A DNA stretch of 38,769 bases from an uncultured Alphaproteobacteria bacterium (GTDB lineage: Bacteria > Pseudomonadota > Alphaproteobacteria > Rhizobiales > TMED25). The stretch spans positions 1-38,769 of the forward strand of contig CALJEH010000072.1 in assembly GCA_938074435.1 (NCBI GenBank), in the 5' to 3' direction. The notes below the pieces were generated by a model. That model did not search any database, was not told the DNA's origin, and saw only the letters and a list, made by a program, of their open reading frames with translations. Positions 31,920 through 38,769 of this stretch are shown piece by piece. Both the position numbers and the translations under genes were made by a program. Every line of letters starts with the position of its first letter. Position 1 is the first letter of the stretch.

Positions 31920-34223
31920 ATGCCTACATTTTCAAAAGGATTAGAAAGCTCTTTACATAAAGCTCTTTCGATTGCAAGGTCAAAAAAACACGAATTCTCA
32001 ACACTTGAACATCTACTCCTTGCAATTATTGATGACGATGATGCTATTTCTATATTTAAATACTTCTCCATAGATTTAATTAAAATCAAGGATGATCTTC
32101 AGGGGTACATTGATAACGAATTACGTCATATAATAGTTAAGGATATAGATGATGTTAAGCCTACCACAAGTTTTCAAAGAGTTGTTCAGCGCGCGGTAAT
32201 ACATGTTCAAACATCAGGGAAAGAAGAAGTTACCAGTGCAAATATTCTTGTTTCAATCTTTTCTGAAAGAGAGAGTCATGCAGTTTATTTTCTGAATAAA
32301 GCAAATCTTAACAGGTATGATGTGGTTAATTATTTGAGTCACGGTTCTAAACAAGATACTGATAAGATAGAGCTCTCCGAAGATTACAGTGATGAAAACA
32401 AATCACAAGAAAGCTCAACACCAAACATAGATAGCTATTGTATACATCTAAATAATAAGGCTAAAAAAGGCCAAATTGATCCAGTTATTGCAAGAGAAAA
32501 CGAAATAACAAGGATAATACAAACTTTATGTAGGAGAAGAAAAAATAATCCGTTATTAGTTGGTGATCCAGGTGTTGGTAAAACTGCAATTGTAGAGGGA
32601 CTTGCCTTAAAAATAGTTAAGGAGGAAGTTCCAGAGTTTTTAAGAGAAACAAATATTATTCAATTAGATATGGGTGCTCTTATTGCTGGGACTAGGTATA
32701 GGGGGGATTTTGAGGAAAGATTAAAAGATGTATTGAAAGAAATTGAAAAAATACCAAATTCTGTTCTCTTTATAGATGAAATTCATACCATCATTGGATC
32801 TGGTGCAACTTCGGGAGGTGCGATGGATGCAGCAAATCTTCTCAAGCCATCACTACAATCCGGTCAAATCAAATGTATAGGATCAACAACTTATAGAGAA
32901 TTTTCAAGATATTTTGAAAAAGATAGGGCATTGGTTCGTAGGTTTCAAAAAATTGATGTAATAGAGCCAAGTGTCGAAGACTCTATAAGAATTATCAAAG
33001 GGTTGCGCCCATATTTTGAAGATTTTTATAAAATAAAATTTGATGAAAGTAGTCTTATAACTGCTGTCGAATTATCATCTCGTTATCTTCAAGATAGGAA
33101 ATTACCAGACAAAGCAATTGATTTAATAGATGAGACAGGTGCTGCTCAAATTATATTGCCTCTTGAACAAAGAAAAAAGAAGATAACATCAAAAGAGATT
33201 GAAAAAACATTATCAATCATTGCAAAAATACCTGAAAAAACTGTTACTAGATCTGATAATTCAATATTAAAGAATCTTGATAAAAGTCTAAAAAATCAGG
33301 TCTTCGGTCAAGATCATGCTATCGATCTACTCGCATCATCTATTAAATCAGCAAGGGCAGGTCTTAGAGACCAAGAAAAACCTGTTGGTTCATACTTATT
33401 TTCAGGTCCAACAGGTGTTGGTAAAACTGAACTTGCGAAACAATTATCTAGTAATCTATCAATTGAATTAATTAGATTTGACATGTCAGAATATATGGAA
33501 AGACATTCTGTATCGAAACTTATTGGTGCGCCTCCTGGTTATGTTGGATATGATCAAGGAGGATTACTTACAGATGCTATCGAAAAAACACCACATTGTG
33601 TTTTGCTGCTAGATGAAATAGAAAAAGCTCATTTTGAGATATATAATATACTCTTACAGGTTATGGACTATGGCTTCTTAAGTGATCATAATGGTAAAAA
33701 AATTGATTTTAGAAATGTTATTTTAATTATGACAACAAATGCAGGTGCTCATGATCTTGCAAAAGAATCAATGGGATTTTCTGATAATAGAAATGATGAA
33801 AATTACAATGAAGAAATTAATAGAATCTTTTCACCCGAGTTCAGAAATAGGCTCGACTCAATTATTCCATTTAACTCATTATCAAATGAAATAATGAAAC
33901 AGGTTGTTGATAAATTTATTATCAAACTAGAAGCTCAATTAGACGAAAAGAATGTAATACTAACTCTATCTGAAGGAGCATATGACTGGTTGACGCGTAA
34001 TGGTGCTGATGAGAAATATGGAGCTAGGCCACTGCAGCGTGTCATTGATGAAAAAATAAAAAAACCGCTTGCTGATGAATTACTATTTGGTGGGTTAAAA
34101 AGGGGTGGTGAAATTAGTATAGATGTCGATAACAACGCAGATGATCTTATTATTCAGATAAACAATAAGAAAATATTAGATAAGAAAAACAAAACAAATA
34201 AAGAAAAAATTTTATTCCATTAA
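31920..34223 (+). CDS. clpA: ATP-dependent Clp protease ATP-binding subunit ClpA
   Basis: 767-aa ORF with a Clp N-domain and two AAA+ modules (Walker A GDPGVGKTA and GPTGVGKTE; Walker B LFIDEIH and LLLDEIEKAH). No ClpB-type long middle domain. Confidence 0.96.
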   Translation: MPTFSKGLESSLHKALSIARSKKHEFSTLEHLLLAIIDDDDAISIFKYFSIDLIKIKDDLQGYIDNELRHIIVKDIDDVKPTTSFQRVVQRAVIHVQTSGKEEVTSANILVSIFSERESHAVYFLNKANLNRYDVVNYLSHGSKQDTDKIELSEDYSDENKSQESSTPNIDSYCIHLNNKAKKGQIDPVIARENEITRIIQTLCRRRKNNPLLVGDPGVGKTAIVEGLALKIVKEEVPEFLRETNIIQLDMGALIAGTRYRGDFEERLKDVLKEIEKIPNSVLFIDEIHTIIGSGATSGGAMDAANLLKPSLQSGQIKCIGSTTYREFSRYFEKDRALVRRFQKIDVIEPSVEDSIRIIKGLRPYFEDFYKIKFDESSLITAVELSSRYLQDRKLPDKAIDLIDETGAAQIILPLEQRKKKITSKEIEKTLSIIAKIPEKTVTRSDNSILKNLDKSLKNQVFGQDHAIDLLASSIKSARAGLRDQEKPVGSYLFSGPTGVGKTELAKQLSSNLSIELIRFDMSEYMERHSVSKLIGAPPGYVGYDQGGLLTDAIEKTPHCVLLLDEIEKAHFEIYNILLQVMDYGFLSDHNGKKIDFRNVILIMTTNAGAHDLAKESMGFSDNRNDENYNEEINRIFSPEFRNRLDSIIPFNSLSNEIMKQVVDKFIIKLEAQLDEKNVILTLSEGAYDWLTRNGADEKYGARPLQRVIDEKIKKPLADELLFGGLKRGGEISIDVDNNADDLIIQINNKKILDKKNKTNKEKILFH

Positions 34224-34622
34224 AGCTTTTTTCAATGCTTCTGCTTGTTTTTCCATAGTGTCAAGACTCAAGGGCATAGCATCAGTGTCATTAAAATAGG
34301 GTATGAGGTGTAGATGTGTGTGAAATACAACTTGTCCTGCACTTGACCCAGAATTTTGAACTATCTTAACTCCCGATGAACCAAAAGCTTTTCTTTGAGC
34401 AATTGCAATTTTTTGGGCCAAGCCCATCATTCGTTCAAGGTCTATAGTTTCAATGTCAAAAATATTTCTGGATTCATTCTTTGGGATAATTAGGACATGA
34501 CCCTGTTTTTCAGGGAATGCATCCATAATTACTAAATAATTCTCTTCATCTAATATTTTTATTGAAGGAATCTCATCTTTGATGATTTTAGCGAATATAT
34601 TATCTTTAATGTATGCTTCCAT
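34212..34622 (-). CDS. HIT-family (HINT-like) nucleotide hydrolase/transferase
   Basis: 136-aa ORF with IFAKIIKDEIPS and histidine triad VFHTHLHLIP. Confidence 0.9.
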   Translation of the reverse strand: MEAYIKDNIFAKIIKDEIPSIKILDEENYLVIMDAFPEKQGHVLIIPKNESRNIFDIETIDLERMMGLAQKIAIAQRKAFGSSGVKIVQNSGSSAGQVVFHTHLHLIPYFNDTDAMPLSLDTMEKQAEALKKALME

Positions 34623-34627
34623 AATAT

Positions 34628-35782
34628 TTACTCCAAGGATTTAAATGGTTTGAATTTTGATAGATAATCAATCTCTTCATCTACATAATCACCTTCTCGA
34701 TCAATATAATCAGATATCAATGAATGGATCTTTTTGTTCGAAAAATAGTGAGCTGAATAAGTATGAGTGGGCGAGTAGCCACGTGATATTTTATGAGCTC
34801 CCCCCGCACCAGCTTCAACGGAATTGAATTCATTTTTGATGGCATATTCAATGGCTTGATAGTAGCATAATTCATAATGTAAGTATTTATAGTAGTTGTT
34901 TGCGCCCCAATATCTTCCATATAATATCTTATTTCCTTTTATGTGCAGAGCAGTTGCTATAATTTCATTATTCTTTTTAGCTATAACCAATATAATATTA
35001 GAGGGTATTTTTTTTATAATATTTTCAAAAAAACCGAAATTTAAATAAACATTTCCCCATTTTCTATAATTTGTATCTAGATAAAACTGATAAAATAGCT
35101 CAATTAAATCGTATGTGATCTCTCTACCTTCAATACATTCAACTGATATTCCTTCTTCATTAATATATTGCCTCTCTTTTTTTATCATCTTTCTTTTTCG
35201 TGATGTTAGACAATCCAGGAATTCATTAAAACTTGTAAAATTATTGTTTTCCCATATGAATTGTTTGCTTTTGCGTTTTATAAAATTCTCTTCATTTAGT
35301 ATCTTTATATCATCTTCTAAGATAAAATTTATATGGGCACTTGAAATATCATTTGATACAAGAATTTTTTTAATGTCTCTCACTATACTTATTTTCTTAG
35401 CATCTTTGTTTTTTCTTAAGAGGAATTTAGATGATCTTACAGGTGTGAATGGAATCCCTACTAATAATTTTGGATAGTACTGTATGTTAATTTTATTATA
35501 AAAATCTGCCCAAACATGGTCAAAGATAAATTCACCAAATGAATTATATTTTATATATGCTGGAGTAAATGCTTCTAACTTACCTTCTTCATCTCGATGG
35601 ATGATATGATTTGTTATCCATCCAACATTTTCGTTTACACAATTTGAATTTTCTAGAGACCATAGAAAATCATAACTCAAAAAAGGATTGTCATTTTCTA
35701 ACTCAAGAAATTGATCTTTAGGAATTTTATCAATGGAATCGCAGATTTCAATCATATGTTTAGATTGTTTCGAATATGCCAT
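34628..35782 (-). CDS. FemAB-like GNAT-fold protein of unknown function (DUF482 / PF04339 / COG3146 type)
   Basis: 384-aa ORF. NPFLSYDFLWSLENSNCVNENVGW, YIKYNSFGEFIFDHVWADFYNKINIQYYPKLLVGIPFTPV, LYGRYWGA, YELCYYQAIEYAI and VEAGAGGAHKISRGYSPTHTYSAHYF match my recollection of this family. The start may be the internal ATG 35755, which would remove the 23-nt overlap with the upstream gene. Confidence 0.65.
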   Translation of the reverse strand: MAYSKQSKHMIEICDSIDKIPKDQFLELENDNPFLSYDFLWSLENSNCVNENVGWITNHIIHRDEEGKLEAFTPAYIKYNSFGEFIFDHVWADFYNKINIQYYPKLLVGIPFTPVRSSKFLLRKNKDAKKISIVRDIKKILVSNDISSAHINFILEDDIKILNEENFIKRKSKQFIWENNNFTSFNEFLDCLTSRKRKMIKKERQYINEEGISVECIEGREITYDLIELFYQFYLDTNYRKWGNVYLNFGFFENIIKKIPSNIILVIAKKNNEIIATALHIKGNKILYGRYWGANNYYKYLHYELCYYQAIEYAIKNEFNSVEAGAGGAHKISRGYSPTHTYSAHYFSNKKIHSLISDYIDREGDYVDEEIDYLSKFKPFKSLE

Positions 35783-36212
35783 CTACTTCAATCAAAGACC
35801 CCATTGGGAGGCTGTGCACGCCAATTGTTGTACGAGCATGACCATCTGTTTCAGGAAAAAAATCATTTAGGATTTTGGATGATGTATTCGCTAAAGAGGA
35901 ATGATCTGTAAAGTTAGCCGGCACTACTATGTATATATTTATTCTAATACAAGATTTAATTTTCTTTATGTCTGAATTTACTGCTAATGCAGCCTGCGCA
36001 ATAAGATTAAGTGTAGCTAACTCAAGCTGTTTTTCAGCTGAAACAATAAAATCATCGGTTTCTTTTATATCAGCCACTATTTTTCCATTTGAAATTGGTA
36101 GTTGACCAGAAACATAGATTTGATTGGTTACCCTTCTAAATGGCTTATAAATTCCTATTGGTTTGGGTAATTTAGGAAGTGGATAAGAATTATTTGTAGA
36201 TTTATTCATCAT
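35760..36212 (-). CDS. RidA/YjgF/UK114-family protein
   Basis: 150-aa ORF with LPKPIGIYKPFRRVTNQIYVSGQLP and ARTTIGVHSLPMGSLIEVDGIFE, typical of the family. Confidence 0.8.
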   Translation of the reverse strand: MMNKSTNNSYPLPKLPKPIGIYKPFRRVTNQIYVSGQLPISNGKIVADIKETDDFIVSAEKQLELATLNLIAQAALAVNSDIKKIKSCIRINIYIVVPANFTDHSSLANTSSKILNDFFPETDGHARTTIGVHSLPMGSLIEVDGIFETI

Positions 36213-36310
36213 ATTTTTTTATCTAATTATTAAATTACATACTATCAAAAAATATATATTATTATATGCTAAATATATAAGATAATTATTTTTACATTGG
36301 AATAAAAAAA

Positions 36311-36694
36311 ATGAGTACTGGAAATAGAAAGGTGCTAATAGTAGAAGATAATAAGTTAAATATGAAACTTTTTAGAGACATACTTACATCAGAAGCTTGT
36401 GAGGTAATAGAGTGTTTTGATCCAATGTTTGCCATGGAAACTATAGCAAGAGAAATGCCTAATCTGATATTAATGGATATACAACTTCCTCGCATATCCG
36501 GATATGATTTAATAAAGTTGATAAAGGCAGATGCAAATTACAACCATATTCCGATCATTGCAATTACGGCATTTGCTATGGAAGATGATAAAGAAAAAAT
36601 TCTATCACTGGGATGCGAAGGGTATATGTCAAAGCCAATATCAATGGATCCTTTTATAGAAAATGTAAATAAGTTTCTTGAAAATAAAAATTAA
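36311..36694 (+). CDS. divK: single-domain response regulator (receiver only), DivK-like
   Basis: 127-aa ORF. VLIVEDNKLNMKLFRDIL, NLILMDIQLPRISG (phospho-Asp), HIPIIAITAFAMEDDKEKILSLGCEGYMSKPIS. Closely parallels my recollection of Caulobacter DivK (VLIVEDNELNMKLF...LILMDIQLPEISG...HIPVVAVTAFAMKGDEERI..GGCEAYISKPIS). No output domain. Confidence 0.75.
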   Translation: MSTGNRKVLIVEDNKLNMKLFRDILTSEACEVIECFDPMFAMETIAREMPNLILMDIQLPRISGYDLIKLIKADANYNHIPIIAITAFAMEDDKEKILSLGCEGYMSKPISMDPFIENVNKFLENKN

Positions 36695-36752
36695 AAAAAT
36701 ATTTTAATTACTCATTTAATTGATATATATTATGTTTTAGTTAAAAGAGTTT

Positions 36753-36802
36753 CCCTGCGGAGTTGCTCAGGTCCGCCGCATCTCCTGGGTCCGTAGGGTT
36801 TT
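36753..36802 (+). terminator. candidate intrinsic terminator for the divK-like gene (hairpin 1 of the GC-rich island)
   Basis: Outer stem ccctgcgg (36753-36760) / ccgtaggg (36791-36798), inner stem ctcagg (36766-36771) / cctggg (36784-36789), 12-nt loop, followed by TTTT (36799-36802). Begins 58 nt after the stop codon. Confidence 0.35.
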
Positions 36803-36803
36803 A

Positions 36804-36880
36804 GGTCGTTTTGTTGGTCACTTACTTGGCCTCCTCCAAATAAGAGACTAACAACCGACCAACGAACCAGTAAATGGTTA
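36804..36880. ncRNA. candidate structured RNA of unknown class (long imperfect hairpin with CCUCCU / AGGAGG loop plus small hairpin); strand unresolved
   Basis: Pairings ggtcg/cgacc (36804-08 / 36856-60), gttg/caac (36813-16 / 36852-55), and 36817-29 / 36836-48 (13 positions, 2 mismatches) close the loop cctcct (36830-35). Small hairpin aacc/ggtt (36865-68 / 36876-79). No ORF of 60 aa or more on either strand. GC-rich against an AT-rich background. Confidence 0.35.
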
Positions 36881-36950
36881 AAGTAAAATTTTCAAGTTAA
36901 GATGTAAGTAATGATATTTAAACAGGAGAGTTTTGGCTTACTTAGCCTTG

Positions 36951-37118
36951 CTACTTTATTTTGTTTTCTTTAAAATCAACGTGTTTTTTTGCTACTGGAT
37001 CATACTTCTTTATGACAAGTTTTTCTGTCATAGTTCGGTTATTTTTTTTTGTCACATAAAAATAACCCGTTCCAGCGGTACTTTCGAGTCTTATTTTTAT
37101 ATTTCCAGATTTTGCCAT
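36951..37118 (-). CDS. rpmG: 50S ribosomal protein L33 (non-zinc C- type)
   Basis: The track ORF (to 37217) has an implausible 33-aa extension reaching into topA. The internal ATG 37118 gives a 55-aa protein [55 protein letters not shown], canonical L33 with no Cys residues. Confidence 0.93.
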   Translation of the reverse strand: MAKSGNIKIRLESTAGTGYFYVTKKNNRTMTEKLVIKKYDPVAKKHVDFKENKIK

Positions 37119-37176
37119 TTTTACCGTCTTTTTAATTATATAAATATATGAATAGATTATTAAGTCAACTGATGTT

Positions 37177-38769
37177 TTATTTTTTTTTAACCTTAGAATT
37201 AATAATCTGAATTGCATTATCTAACGTGATATCCTCTATTGAATAATCTTTTCCAATAGAATAATTTTTTCTATTATATTTGATATAGGGTCCATATCGT
37301 CCACTAGTTAATATAATATCATTTTCCGTAGTGGGATATTTACCTAAAATTGTATTTGAAGCATTTAGTGAAGTTTTTTTAGTCTGTTCATTTATTAATG
37401 ATACGGCTCTGTTTAGTCCAATAGTGGCTATTTCATCAAGTTCAATTTTATTAACATACGTATTCATATGTTTTAAATAAGGACCATACCTTCCAATGGC
37501 ACCTACAATTTCTTCTTTAGTATCAGGATGATTTCCAATTAGTCTGGGCAGAGATATTAATTGAATAGCAGTTTTTTCATCTAAATTATCTATATTGATG
37601 TTTTTAGGTATTGATGCTCTCTTAGGTTTACCATCAATTTCTATATTTTCAAGTTCAAGATATGGACCGTATCTCCCACTCTGCAAGATGATATTTTCTT
37701 TTGTTTGGGGATCAATTGCAATTATTTCTTTCTGTATGGATTTCGTGCTTTTAGCTGATAGATCTCTCTGGAATTTACACTCAGGGTAATTTGAACAACC
37801 AACGAATGAACCATCTTTGAATGATAGAAGAGTTAAAGTTCCATCACTGCACTCAGGGCACAATCTTGGATTTTCTAGATCTGTATCAAAGATGTATGGG
37901 GCCAAAGTCTCATTTATGACATTTATAATTTCTTTTCTTTCAATATTAGTAATCTTTTGGGTGGACTCATCAAGGTTTTTCCAAAACTCCTCTAAAAGAG
38001 ATAGTCGGGTAAAGTCACCGTTTGATATTTTGTCTAACTTGTTCTCTAAATCTGCAGTGAAATCATATTGTACATATTCTGGGTAATAATTTTCAAGAAA
38101 TGCTGTCACTAACCTGCCATTACTTGTAGGAGATATTCTTCTTTGATCTAACTGAGTATAATTTCTTTCTGATAGCTTACTTAAGATACTTGCATACGTT
38201 GAAGGTCTCCCAATTCCAAGTTCCTCTAAGGTTTTGATGAGTGATGCTGCATTATATCTCGGAGGTGGCTCAGTAGCATGGGCTGTTTGGGATACTTTAT
38301 TGCAGAGAATTATATCATCTTTATTTACAGTGATACTAGTTTCTAATTCAGGTAATATATCATCAGTATCTATTTCACTTTTTTGATCATCATATATTAC
38401 TTGAAAACCTGGAAAAGTTCTGATTTGGAAGTTTGCTCTAAATATATTTTCTATATTATTACTATCTTTAGTAATTAACGATATTGCAGTCCTCTCAAAA
38501 ATAGCACTTTTCATTTGACTTGCGATTGTTCTTTTCCAGATCAGTTCATAGAGTTTAAATTGTTCATCAGATAAAAAGGGTTTCAACTTTTCAGGATCAT
38601 TATTAAAAGATGTCGGTCTTATTGCTTCATGAGACTCTTGCGCATTCTTAGACTTTGTTTTATATATAATTCTTGTATTTGGAAGTAGGCTTTCTCCATA
38701 GTCATTTTTTATTTTATCTCTAATATTATCAATAATATTATCTTCAATCTGGACACCATCAGTCCTCAT
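37177..38769 (-). CDS. topA: DNA topoisomerase I, C-terminal ~530 aa (N-terminus lies right of the window)
   Basis: ORF open to the window edge. Contains [28 protein letters not shown], one Cys4 ribbon CPECSDGTL...[10 protein letters not shown], and three GRYGPY(L/I) C-terminal repeats. Confidence 0.95.
   Translation of the reverse strand: MRTDGVQIEDNIIDNIRDKIKNDYGESLLPNTRIIYKTKSKNAQESHEAIRPTSFNNDPEKLKPFLSDEQFKLYELIWKRTIASQMKSAIFERTAISLITKDSNNIENIFRANFQIRTFPGFQVIYDDQKSEIDTDDILPELETSITVNKDDIILCNKVSQTAHATEPPPRYNAASLIKTLEELGIGRPSTYASILSKLSERNYTQLDQRRISPTSNGRLVTAFLENYYPEYVQYDFTADLENKLDKISNGDFTRLSLLEEFWKNLDESTQKITNIERKEIINVINETLAPYIFDTDLENPRLCPECSDGTLTLLSFKDGSFVGCSNYPECKFQRDLSAKSTKSIQKEIIAIDPQTKENIILQSGRYGPYLELENIEIDGKPKRASIPKNINIDNLDEKTAIQLISLPRLIGNHPDTKEEIVGAIGRYGPYLKHMNTYVNKIELDEIATIGLNRAVSLINEQTKKTSLNASNTILGKYPTTENDIILTSGRYGPYIKYNRKNYSIGKDYSIEDITLDNAIQIINSKVKKK

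Noticed and set aside
36801-36821. 6-codon minus-strand mini-ORF (GTG ACC AAC AAA ACG ACC TAA) 8 nt after AGGAGG inside hairpin 2
   Set aside because: It is too short to evaluate and could easily be chance. It is mentioned in the finding only as an alternative reading and is not called as a gene.
36753-36880. Possibility that the GC-rich island is SRP (4.5S) RNA, tmRNA, 6S RNA or RNase P RNA
   Set aside because: TCAGGTCCG (36767-36775) resembles part of the SRP helix-8 5' strand. However, there is no GGAA tetraloop or AGCA-type 3' strand, and the region forms separate hairpins rather than one long helix. There is no T-arm/ACCA end or tag reading frame for a (two-piece) tmRNA. It is too short for RNase P and lacks the GAGGAAAGUCC-type motif. 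No 6S-like central bubble is evident. It is kept as an unknown structured RNA.
36933-37217. 72-aa + strand ORF (36933-37151) and the 33-aa N-terminal extension of the rpmG track ORF (to 37217)
   Set aside because: The + ORF is antisense to rpmG and is F/Y/I/C-rich nonsense. The rpmG extension overlaps the topA 3' end and is not part of any known L33. The internal ATG at 37118 gives the canonical 55-aa protein.

Overview
Visibly AT-rich, very gene-dense bacterial chromosome segment with 50 protein genes (2 cut by the window edges) and 1 tRNA. I found no rRNA, CRISPR array, transposase, integrase or phage gene.

Bases 1-27365 (+ strand) are the ribosomal-protein / RNA-polymerase supercluster in textbook order: rplK(partial)-rplA | rplJ-rplL-rpoB-rpoC | rpsL-rpsG-fusA-[S10 block rpsJ..rpsQ]-[spc block rplN..rplO-secY-adk] | rpsM-rpsK-rpoA-rplQ.

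Several layout details point to a genome-streamlined alphaproteobacterium (Pelagibacterales-like or similar), which this window alone cannot resolve:
- no tuf after fusA
- no infA/rpmJ between adk and rpsM
- no rpsD in the alpha block
- crcB, rluC-like and ATP12-like genes trailing rplQ
- a DivK-type receiver and a Pam18-type membrane J protein

Bases 27366-38769 hold mixed-strand housekeeping genes: crcB, an RluA-family pseudouridine synthase, an ATP12-like chaperone, lipB, tRNA-Leu(GAG), a membrane J-protein, a DD-carboxypeptidase, clpS-clpA, a RidA/FemAB-like(DUF482)/HIT trio, a DivK-like receiver, rpmG and topA (partial).

This is mostly ordinary core genome. I do not see a convincing novel multi-gene system: there are no defence, toxin-antitoxin, secretion or biosynthetic-cluster signatures. 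The least-explained signals are:
1. a GC-rich ~130-nt structured island (36753-36880) with a CCUCCU hairpin loop in the divK-like/rpmG spacer
2. the tight RidA / FemAB-like / HIT operon of unknown joint function
3. a Pam18-type J protein starting 14 nt after a tRNA
4. an ~80-aa acidic tail on ribosomal protein L3
5. str, S10 and spc fused into one gapless unit without tuf or the classical leaders

All structures and motifs were found by eye; no searches or folding programs were run.
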